A DNA stretch of 64,000 bases from Batkoa obscura (Eukaryota): positions 372,001 through 436,000 of the forward strand of contig JASVEC010000028.1 of NCBI GenBank assembly GCA_030770535.1. The letters run 5' to 3'. Numbering within the stretch: position 1 is the first letter of the stretch; the number at the start of each line of letters is the position of its first letter. The position numbers and the translations under genes were made by a program. The notes beneath the pieces were generated by a model, which saw nothing but the letters and a program-made list of their open reading frames with translations, searched no databases and was not told the DNA's origin. Below, piece after piece: positions 53,400 to 64,000 of the stretch.

Positions 53400-53669
53400 T
53401 TTAGATGCCCCTAATTGTTTAGGACAAATACTTACTGTCACAAAAGCGAATTTATAGAGTTCCATTTTTATTCTTTATTAAAAAGTTTGAATGGGCTTTA
53501 TTTTTATAATAAAACTTAACATTTATCTATTTTATTATAAGCAACTTAAAGTACAGCAATCCTGTATTCTAATGTGATTAATTAGCACTAAAATGTGCAA
53601 ATAGAAATAGCTTTAATATTTATAATTTATTTTTTGATAGTAGTATGAACTATCCACCTACTCTATGAC

Positions 53670-54568
53670 TTATGAGGAAGGTTTTACAGATTTCAAGTAG
53701 GCTTCCCACCCTACTTGACGATATTTTTTAGCCATCTCAACTGGATTTCCACTGTTAATAATATTTCTACCAACAATAATAATATCCGAATGGTTTTTTG
53801 TTACAATAAATTCAGGTGTTCTATACTGTTGCCCCATACCATCGCCTGCTAGTTCAAGTCCAATGCCTGGGGTCATAACAATCATTGGGGTAGCTTCTGA
53901 CTTTAATTGACCTGCGGCAATAAACCCTGCTACAAAGTCGTTGTGCTGGTCTGCAAGCTTAACATTTTTTTCAGTATAGTCACCAGTTGCTAAAGAGCCA
54001 GCACTTGACATTTGAGCCAAAAGTAATAAAGCTCTTGGTTTTGGCACAAGGGTGGTATCCAAACCTACCGACTTTAAACCTTGAATGATACCTTCACCAG
54101 GTATAATATGGCAGTTAGTAAAGTCAGCCCATTGAGCAATTTTATATACACCTTTAAGATATTGGTTTTTCACAGTATTACCTAATAATGTAAATAAAAG
54201 AAAAATACTATTGAAAGTTTATATACCAATATCAGCAAATTTTCGATCTTCAAAAATCATAAAGTTATGTTTTTTTGCTAACGACTGTAATTCTTCGATG
54301 ATAGAATAGTCAAAATCTTCCAAGATATCAATATGTGTCTATCAAGAGTAAAATTTACATTTTTTTAATAGAAATAAATTACCTTTAATAAACAAATATA
54401 AGGTCCAAGTTGGTCAGCTAATTCAAGGAACTTCTTTTTATCGGTTACATCCAAAGAAAGACATAAATTGCTCTGCTTTTCAATAACAAGGTTCAAAAAT
54501 TCTTTAGCTGTTACGTTTTGTTGTAATTCAGCTTTTTGTTGGTAAGTATAAGAGCGATAGTTTGACAT
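53670..54568 (-). CDS. URA3: Orotidine-5'-phosphate decarboxylase, 2 introns
   Basis: [60 protein letters not shown]. Confidence 0.97.
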
Positions 54569-55834
54569 ATTGAAGGATAACAATTAAAAAAAACTTCAAT
54601 ATTTACTTAAGTTGCTATTTTATTCTTACTCTGCTTAAAAGTGGTCTTATTGGCTCAAAAGAAAGAATTACCATTTGCTGATTTTTAAAAATTAAAATAG
54701 TCCCTTTAAAAATGTAATTAAAAAAATAATTATTTTATAATTTTATAATTTTATAATTTTATAATTGTATATCAACAATTAATAATTTAACAAATAAATA
54801 TTATTTAAACCCTGTATCAATCACAAACTATATATTTTTGGTTCTAGAAATAAATACTACCTTGGGTTTATTTTAATATTGATTATAGATGTAAACTAAT
54901 ATTTGATTAAATTTTGGCTAAAAATAAAAACAAAACAATCCTACACTATGGATAATATAATATACTTTATATCTTTAGTGCTTTAATTATAAAATGTGTT
55001 GTGTTAAAATTTTTTTAATAATATTTGATGTCCAATTATATTTTTGTAATTCGTTAAAATTATCAAAATTAAACATTTAATCTCATATGTAATGTGTCAA
55101 ACACAGCTGCTGCAGCTCTTTCTGTGATCTAATTAATCTCCCACTTAAGAATTTTTTTTAATAAAATTCATCTAGTTATAATAATTAGGTCATGAAAAAA
55201 ATTGCTATACAAATAATTTTATTATAAAATTACCGCTAAAAAGGTCACAAAAAAGTTGTAACGCCTGTAAGTATAAATCAACATGATATCTCCTAATTTT
55301 TCGAAAATCCATAAATATAAAAAACAAGTATAATATTTATAAAATAAATCATTTGGCTATTAAAAACCATTTTGTAATTAAATGCTCACTTAAATATAAA
55401 CTTTTAAGATAATAATACTGGTGTCTCAAACCGGAGTAAACAATCACTAAACAATATGTTAATATTCACACAAAAAAATAATTTTTTATATTAGAAATAA
55501 AAGCAGACTACATCAACATTTAAATTTAGTTGGTGATAGAATATTTGAATACTAGTTTAGTAGATAAGGATAAGTTTTGAAAGAGACAAAACAAAGCTAT
55601 TATAAAAAAAGATTTTATATACGTATTCTTTTATTATGTTAGATTAATAATATTTAATTTTCAGAAGCCTAATATGCCAACAAACTTAATAAGTTCCAAA
55701 CTGGCTTGAAATCTATTTTTGGTGATTGGTTCAAAATTCATCAAATTCAACTTAGCGAATTAAATCTTCATTCACATCACACCAGAAAAATTAATTTAAA
55801 AACAGTGATTTAAATTAAAATTTTATTTATAATA

Positions 55835-57581
55835 ATGTCAAGTAATACAACTAATAGCAATGAAAAAATAAAAGCTCATATCAAGTCTCAATCCTTGGTT
55901 ATTGATAAAGTACAACCAAGTTTGGCATTTTCACCTACCAATACTGTGATATTAGGATCAAGGAGACTTAGTTTGGATCATAATATGTTAGACTTGTCAA
56001 ATGAGGCGATTTCATTAAACGATTTGATTTATAATAACGACGCTTACAATAATGAGGAAGAGAACGAAAATGACCTTGAAACAGGAAATGGCCAAACAAA
56101 TTTAGAGCAAGCAGATGAATATGATTTTATGAGCTTAAAAGAGGTTGAGTTTACAGGCCCCGAAATAGAGGATAAGAAAAGTGAGATTTATTATCTATCA
56201 TGAATGTTTATATCTTATCTAATTTATATTATAGTTAAAGTGATCCTTATAACAAATTGTAGAAATGGAGAATTAGGATATCATTTAACAAAAGAGTTTT
56301 TGAGAGAAGGACATAAGGTGATTGCTTTAGCACCTAATTTATCGGAAATGTCCTTTTTGGAAGATAGTATGTATTCGGTTTTATTTTACTGTTCTTAATA
56401 TACTTAACACATATATTTAGCTCCAAATTTAGACAAAAGGATCTTGAATTTTGAAAGTGAAGTCTATATTAAATATACGCTTAAAGTAAGTTTATATCAT
56501 GTTTAATATTGTGGTTGTTTTATAGTTTTATCTAGTCAATTGCTGAGGCTTATCCTAGGATAGGTAATCATTTATCATACTATAAGATATAATAATACAA
56601 TAACATCTTTGCTATTATAGATATAATATGCGTTACACCAAGTGTAGATATTGTAGGCCCACTAAGTCGATTAGAGCCTATAAGTGATTATAAGGTTGAA
56701 GCTGTAAGAGTATTATATCAATTAAATTTACTCGGACCATTACAATTGATACAGCCAATCATAAGAAATCATTGTCGAAATCAAAAAAAACTGAGTTTAT
56801 CATTTTTCATAATGAATTTTGGCCAATTACCCACTATTTGGAACGGGCTGTTTTCTTCGTGTATGAATTCCATTTTAACTTTAGCAACTAGTTTAAGGCT
56901 GGAGTTAAAGCCCTTTGGTATGGATGTGTTGGTATTGAGAATTAAGAGTGAAAAATCATTGGTTTATTTCAATAATCTAGAATATAACCAGCTTAAGAAA
57001 GGTAATTTGCCCCGATAATAATGTCATAATATAACTTTTATAACAATATTTAAATTTATTTAATAGATCCATATTACAATAAACTATATGAATATATAAT
57101 TAACAAAGCTGTAATAAGTTACCGAGAGATAGAAATGGAATTAAAAAAATACAGTAGACATAGCAGAAGAATCATTTTAAATAGAAGCAATTCAAGTCAT
57201 AAAAATTATGAATACGTAGTAAATAGTTATAAACTACTTATTACATACTTCTTTTATTTATTAAGTTATATTCTACCAAATTATGAGTTTAATTTCAATT
57301 ACTTTTATCATCAGAATAATCCTACTTGGCCAACAGATCAATCTCTCTTCAACTTAAATTCTTATTTTATCATGGATGATTCATTTCTAACTTATTTTAT
57401 TCCTTTCTGGTTCTTAGATTGGATTGCTTGGGATCTTTCTGGTATCGGCTATCTACATAATAAGGACTTACTTACTAATCCCTCATTATCCCCTCCTAAT
57501 TATCATTTAAAATATCAAAATAGTGATTCAATTCCTAACTCTACTTATTCAACTAATTCTAATACAACTTCAACTATATAA
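55835..57581 (+). CDS. Short-chain dehydrogenase/reductase-like (Ayr1-like) protein with degenerate catalytic motifs, about 6 exons
   Basis: VILITNCRNGELGYHLTKEF...GHKVIA, NLLGPLQLIQP, LRLELKPFGMDV; intact GT-AG introns. Confidence 0.75.
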
Positions 57582-57803
57582 TATAATATAAAAATAATAT
57601 GGTTATTTATTATTAATATTATTATCCTATTGAAATTATTTATTCTACCTTAGACTACCAAAACATCGTTACTCCCCATTATATTATTAATAAAAAATCA
57701 AACAAAACTCTCATATTTGCTTTGACGTTAAAAATTAATACTAACAATATTAAAGATACAATAAAACACTATAATAAATACATGAAAAAAAACGGATTAT
57801 AAT

Positions 57804-58322
57804 TTATTCCATCTCCATATCAAATAGTTCCCCGGAATCTCCCTGTTTCTTTTTATGACCTAAATTTAAAATAAGATTGTTTAATCAAAATTATTTTAAA
57901 TGCTATTAATCTTACCCTCTTCGTCATCTTCCTTTTCTTCTTTTTCTGGATCAAGTTCTGAAATAGCTGAAAATGAATTTTGTAAAGGAGTATGGTGGTG
58001 TACCATACTAGGGTGAAGTTGGTTTTGGGTATAAGAGCTTTTGGTTACCCCTGGTATAAACCCTAAGTTAGCTGGTGGTGTACGTGATAAAGGTGAGTTT
58101 CTCAAGTTTAATAAGGTGTGGCGATCATAAATGATTCTAGTACCTAAATAAAGTTAAGCTTTATTATTATATTTTAATTGTCCTTAAGTTACCTCCAGGT
58201 GTGGTAGAGAAAATGGTACCACGAGGGGTAGTTGAATAAGAAGAAGGTATTGGTAAACTTGGGTCCGCCTTTCTTACACGAATGGGTATGTTTTGGGCGG
58301 AAGATTCATTTGAATTGGACAT
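57804..58322 (-). CDS. EIF4EBP: eIF4E-binding protein (4E-BP family), 2 introns
   Basis: [40 protein letters not shown]-terminal ELFDMEME. Confidence 0.92.
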
Positions 58323-58670
58323 TTCTAAAAGTGGTTGTTTAATCGTCTTTTTAAAAAAAAATTGCTTCAAAAAGGGCAGTTTTTATAAGTTTGCTATTTT
58401 TTACTTTTGCTCTCTTTGCTTTTCGCTTTTCAAGTGGAATCTTTTAACTGAAATTTATGCTTTATTAAGTCTATGTTATTTGTCCATTGGATTGAATAGT
58501 TTTTACTTGCAATATTACTGTGGATAAAATTAATAAAATAAGATAAACTGAGGATTTGAACTTATTTTATTGGCTATTAAAAATACTCCAAGAAAATATA
58601 ACTAATTTATAACTTGGTAAGAAATAAGCAAAACAAACATCTTTTAAATTTTAGTTATTCTTTATTCGAA

Positions 58671-59148
58671 ATGAGATCTTATTTTAGATTATTACAAAAT
58701 ATAACAAACACTACAAAAGCAGCTCCAAACTTAAGTCAAATTAAGTTGGCTGATAAATTTCAAAGGAGAATCGATAAAGATACCACTCATATAACAAAAG
58801 CTACTTTAATCGAATATTTTTCTTATGTTCTTTGTGGAGGTAATATAATAATAATGGTATAGTAGCATAATTTCTATAGCTCAAATAAATACTATATATA
58901 ATCCTACGAGAGTATAAATAAACTAATGGGCTCATTTTAAATATAGGGATAGGAATGTACATGGTAATCTATCATGATTATGGTTATCAAGATCATTGTT
59001 TCCAACCAGTAAATAATATGAGCATTTGGTCAAAATAACGAATACTAACGATTTATTTTAGTTAAGAAGATGGTATTTTAAGAAAGTTAACCAGTTTTGG
59101 AGTTTATCAGAATCAGAAAAGTTGGAATTGGAACAGAAAAAGAATTAA
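58671..59148 (+). CDS. Small single-pass, probably mitochondrial protein (uncharacterised), spliced
   Basis: Basic presequence-like N-terminus, one hydrophobic segment, then HDYGYQDHCFQP/LRRWYFKKVNQFWSLSESEK; GT-AG introns. Confidence 0.6.
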
Positions 59149-59392
59149 GCTACCTCTTCAATAAAATTTATAGAAATAACCATTAGAATTATATCTTTTG
59201 TGTTTATATATTATTTTTGGTAAAAACGAAACTATACATTATGCTAATTTTGTTTTCTAATATTAATACACATTAAAATATTAGATTTTTATTAATATTA
59301 ATCATTTCTAATTGTTTCCAATTTATGCAAAAAAAATAAACGCGAATGAAATTAAACTTAAAATTAAACTTGTTAAATTAAACTAAAATATC

Positions 59393-59399
59393 TGACTCA
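59393..59399 (+). promoter_or_regulatory. Gcn4/CpcA site TGACTCA upstream of SER1
   Basis: Exact consensus about 65 nt upstream of an amino-acid biosynthesis gene. Confidence 0.55.
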
Positions 59400-59463
59400 T
59401 CATGTAGATAAAAAGGAATAAACCATAAAAGTGAAAATTTCGACTTTTTAATCAAATAACACG

Positions 59464-60618
59464 ATGAGCAATACACCACCAATTTATAACTTTGCCGCCG
59501 GGCCCTCTGTATTAGCAGATGAAGTCTTAAAAAAATGCTCTGATGCTATTTTGGAGTATTCTGAAACCCCTGGCGAGTCTATCTTATCTTTAAGTCATCG
59601 TTCAGCTGCATTCAAGTCAATCATTGAAAACAGTAAACAGTTATTAACTGAGTTATTAGACATCCCAAGCACCTATCAGATTTTGTTTTTACAGGGTGGT
59701 GGTACTGGGCAGTTTACAGGAAGTGTATTAAACCTGTTAGCTAATTATAACAACGATCAATTAAATAATAAGCATGGCCATTATCTAGTCAGTGGGACCT
59801 GGTCATTAGCCGCTTATACTCAAGCTAAAGGATACAACCTACCAGTTAAGATGTTATCAGATTCCAGAGAACATTACAGTGGTAAATTTAATGGAATAAA
59901 CACTCAAGAAGTTCAATTGAATTCCCCTGAAGAGATAGCTTACTTTTACTACTGTGCAAATGAAACTGTCAATGGGGTAGAGGCCCATAATATCCTCGAT
60001 AATATTGATCCTAAGATACCAATTATCTGTGACATGTCTTCAAACATTATGGCAAGGAAAGTTGATTTCAAACGATATTCGATTGTGTTTGGTGGAGCTC
60101 AAAAAAATTTGGGTCCAGCTGGAGTGACCATTGTTATTGTACATGATGATGTATTGAAGAATAGACAAGCTGAGTTGAAGTTCCCTATACCGACTGTGTT
60201 TGATTATTCCATCATGGCAAAGAATAATTCATTATATAATACACCACCTACGTTTGCTATTTTGGCTTTGATGTATAATTTAGAGTGGATAAAGAAACAA
60301 GGAGGTTTAAAGAAAATGATAGAGAAGAGTCAAAGTAGCAGTCAACAGTTATATGAGTTTATTGATAAAAATGATAAATTTTACAAATGCCCAGTTAACA
60401 AAGAGTTCCGCTCATGGACTAATGTGGTTTTTAATTTAAATAGTGAAGAGTTAGAGCAAAAGTTTACTAAGTCAGCTAAAGAGAAGAACCTTATTAATTT
60501 AAATGGCCATCGCTCAATCGGAGGCATTCGAGTGTCTTTATATAATGGACTGCAAGAGGAAGCAGTACATGTGTTAGTTCAATTTATGCAAGACTTTTTA
60601 AATCAAAATGATAAATAA
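59464..60618 (+). CDS. SER1: Phosphoserine aminotransferase, intronless
   Basis: NFAAGPS, SHRS, QGGGTGQF, NETVNGVE, DMSS, GAQKNLGPAG, SLYNTPP, GHRSIGGIRVSLYN. Confidence 0.97.
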   Translation: MSNTPPIYNFAAGPSVLADEVLKKCSDAILEYSETPGESILSLSHRSAAFKSIIENSKQLLTELLDIPSTYQILFLQGGGTGQFTGSVLNLLANYNNDQLNNKHGHYLVSGTWSLAAYTQAKGYNLPVKMLSDSREHYSGKFNGINTQEVQLNSPEEIAYFYYCANETVNGVEAHNILDNIDPKIPIICDMSSNIMARKVDFKRYSIVFGGAQKNLGPAGVTIVIVHDDVLKNRQAELKFPIPTVFDYSIMAKNNSLYNTPPTFAILALMYNLEWIKKQGGLKKMIEKSQSSSQQLYEFIDKNDKFYKCPVNKEFRSWTNVVFNLNSEELEQKFTKSAKEKNLINLNGHRSIGGIRVSLYNGLQEEAVHVLVQFMQDFLNQNDK

Positions 60619-60974
60619 AGTTTATTTTGTGATATATAACTGTTGCTACTTACTATTTTATATACTATTTTATGCCATTTTATGTATATTTTTATTATTT
60701 TAGTCTATTGTTTTTGTTATTTTACATTTAGTCACCATACTCCCAAAACCAAGTGGCTTATAATTGGCTATAATCTCAAGGATGAAGTCAATGAAATTCA
60801 ACTTGACCAAAATCAAATTAACCAATAAGCCCTACATTTCCCTTTATTATAGCCAATAAACTATGGCTTAAACGACATATTAATTAACCCAAAGCAAAAT
60901 CATGGCACTTAAAATTTATAAAAAAAACGAGCTCAACTTTAACTAAATTAGAATTCATATTCATCAACTGAAAA

Positions 60975-61710
60975 ATGAGCTATTATTCATACGGGACAGG
61001 GTATTACAACTACACCGTTAGCGCTATTATAATCTATGCTGCCATTCATGGTTTGTATTTATTACTTACTGGTCAAGGTGAGAAGGTAAACATTGGACAG
61101 TGGTTAATTGATACCTCACCTTATGTGTGGTCAAGTTTAGGTATAGGACTTTGTATTGGTTTATCCATCATTGGTGCCGCTTGGGGTATTTTTGTAACCG
61201 GAACATCTATTTTAGGTGGTGCAGTTAAAGCGCCACGTATTCAAACTAAGAATTTAATCTCAATTATTTTTTGTGAAGTTGTAGCGATCTATGGGGTGAT
61301 TATGGCTATCTTGTTTTCAGCAAAATTAGGTGAAGTTGCAGCTGTTAGTGGTGGGGAATTATTTACTAAGTCGCATTATTATACAGGTAAATTGTTATAT
61401 TTTTCAGGGGTATTAAAGGTAATTTTTTGTTTTTTAGGTTACGCTATATTTTGGGGTGGTTTAACTGTTGGATTATGTAACTTATTTTGTGGACTATGTG
61501 TTGGGGTTACTGGATCAGCTGCAGCTTTAGCTGACGCCCAAAATAGTACGTTATTTGTTAAAATATTAGTTATTGAGATCTTTGGCTCAGTTATTGGACT
61601 CTTTGGTTTGATTGTTGGTCTCCTTACAGTAATTTGGATTTTAGTTTTGATTTAAGTGTATTCTAATGATTTCTTTTATTTAGGCTGGCAAAGCAGAAGG
61701 ATTTGAATAA
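60975..61710 (+). CDS. VMA16: V-ATPase proteolipid subunit c'' (21 kDa); introns ~61387-61438 and ~61630-61683
   Basis: [50 protein letters not shown]. Confidence 0.96.
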
Positions 61711-61921
61711 TATTTCTACTTTTTTAAAACAAATAATAGTTTTCTCGTTTTATTTTAATATTTGTATTTTGTAACTTATTTGAATCTTAATTATAAATTT
61801 AGATAAAGAATAAAAAACTAATGAATAAAAATTAAATTTATTAAATATAATAATAAGTGAAACAAGTAATAAATTTTAAAAGGAAGATCTATAATTTACT
61901 TATTTTATAATTTAAATTGTT

Positions 61922-64000
61922 TTAATTTACAGTACTTTGCTTCAATTTTTGTAATAAAGTGGTGACTTTCTCAACTAAACTTAATTCTTTACTTTCTTTT
62001 TCTTCATTTAAATCCTCTTCACTTTTGTTTTCTTTATCACTTACATCTTTTTTGTTTTCCTCATTCTCTTTTGCTTCTTCTGGTTTCTTCTCGTTGTTCT
62101 CTTGCTTTTCTTTATTTCCATTTTCTTGTAATCGGTTATCAACTAACTCAAATGTCTCTGTGTTAACCATTACGCTTTGCTGATCTGCTTCAATTAAAAT
62201 GACCTTTTCAGTTGTCTCTGATGGGCTTTCAATTAACTGAACTGAATCAAATAATTCGCTAAACACTAATAAAAGTTTATCAATTTTAGAGATAGTAAGT
62301 TTTTGTTTGTCATCCGTTCCATGGGAATGGGGTTCATACGTCAATTTAATAGAAGAGGGCGAGCATGATATTTGTAAGATAGTAGCTAAAATACCATCTG
62401 CTACCATATCATTAGCTTCGTTACCTAACCACTCCATATCGACTTCACCTTGGTGAGTACTATCAATAAGCTTAACAACATCCAAAACTTCAATTCCGTT
62501 TTCAATAGCTTGGATTGAGTCATTACCAAACATCTTCTTTAAAGTGGTTGTAATTAATGAAAATTTGGCATGAAAGCTTATACTTTGTCTCTGATGAAAT
62601 TCGGCCACAGGTAATCCTGCTAAATCTTCCAAATCTTCTTCTTCCATAATTCGATATTGAAAATCTCTACCAACAATAATTCCTTCTATTAAAGTACCTT
62701 CTATAGGTTCTTTATTTGCAAGTTTACCTATAGTTTTTGCCATCTTTTCTGCTTTAAATGGTAATCGTACAGTCTCTGTATTTTTAGGTGTGTAAATGGC
62801 CATTCTTCTACGTCTTGGTAAATTAGGATCCAAATCCTCTTTAGTAACTGTAGCAGGATCTAATGGATTCACATAAATTTCACATAGCTTTTGTTTAAGC
62901 CTTGACATGGGTATAGGTTCGCCATGCACTAATACAAGGTTTGGTGCTGCAACTAAATCAATAAACTTCGAGTTTTGATTGAAATCAACGTGAGCTGAAA
63001 AGGATATGTATTCAACCTCCATCTTTAATGGTAATTTTCCACCCCTCATACTTGGGACTTTAGCCGGTGAACTAAGCAAAGTTCTAGCTAAAGTCCCTTC
63101 TACAGAGTAACCGCATAATAAAAGGCCATTACGGTCATCTGGACACCATCTTTCAAATAATTCTCGACTTAGTCCATTTTGAAGCATACCTGGGGAGGCT
63201 ACCATAACACATGGACCATTATCTTCAAAAGAGTTGATATGACGAAGATTAGCAATGTGTTTAAAAACAAATGGGTTTGAAGATGAAAATTGATTACGGA
63301 TATGTTGGTTCATCATATTAATATAAGTTTGATAGACTGCCATACATTTTTTAGCCAATGAAGAAGCAAAATAAATTGGTACATGATCTAATTCTGGATG
63401 TGCTTGCCAGTATTCATCTAAAATCAATAAAAGTTCTTGTGCTCTACCTAAAGCAAACACGGGTATTAAGCATCGACCCCCTCTACTAACAATTTTATGA
63501 ACACTAGAAGTAAAACGCGCTTCCCTTTCTAATCTAGGTTCATGAGCTTGATTACCATAAGTAGCTTCACAAATTAATACTTCTGGAGTTACATGGCTGG
63601 GTCTTTCTGCAGCCATCAAATGTCTATCTTCTTCTCTAGAATAATCACCAGTATATAAAACCTTAATACCGGCAATTTCAATCAAAAACATAGCTGCTCC
63701 TAAAACATGGCCAGCATTGTATGGCGTAAATTTTATACCATCCACATCCACTTCTTGATGATAATCTACTACGCTAATCTTTTCGTAACTATGTAATAAA
63801 TCTTGTTCATCAAATAACATATCATCAACGGAAGCAGTACTTGAATAATATAAGATTATTAAAATTGATAAATAAAATAAAAATATAGTTACCTCACTCT
63901 TACATAATCAGTGAGAAACCATTTATAAATTGCTTTTGTTGGATGGGTCATGTAAACAGGGTTTGAATAAGAAGTCTTTTAAATTCCATCAATATAAATA
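61922..64000 (-). CDS. YSH1: CPSF73/Ysh1 pre-mRNA 3'-processing endonuclease; 5' end lies outside the window
   Basis: MTHPTKAIY, NAGHVLGAAMF, TGDYSREEDRHL, PVFALGRAQELLLILDEYW, ASPGMLQ, ISFSAHVD, LVHGE. Confidence 0.96.

Overview
Very AT-rich eukaryotic nuclear DNA with short (~40-60 nt) GT-AG introns and a standard genetic code. The gene content is fungal (trifunctional HIS4, URA3, SER1, VMA16, ERV29, CDC31, MER3). An animal-type 4E-BP and the intron style suggest an early-diverging fungus, possibly Entomophthoromycotina (inference only). Gene-dense housekeeping blocks (12.3-26.0 kb, 39-42.7 kb, 48.4-64 kb) alternate with repeat-rich accessory blocks. The accessory blocks contain: a ~97-bp MITE family (14 full copies plus 1 fragment, GRG...CYC ends, 4-bp TSDs); a ~480-bp TG...CA solo-LTR-like family; a tandem cluster of four diverged, intronless secreted-protein genes that I cannot assign to a family; a pseudogene of five six-cysteine repeats; a bacterial-looking CAP protein; a long fold-back hairpin; and a pair of small orphan paralogs. 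The housekeeping block also holds an SDR that has lost all its catalytic motifs. No prokaryotic systems or CRISPR arrays were seen. Exon boundaries were read by eye and are approximate for multi-intron genes.
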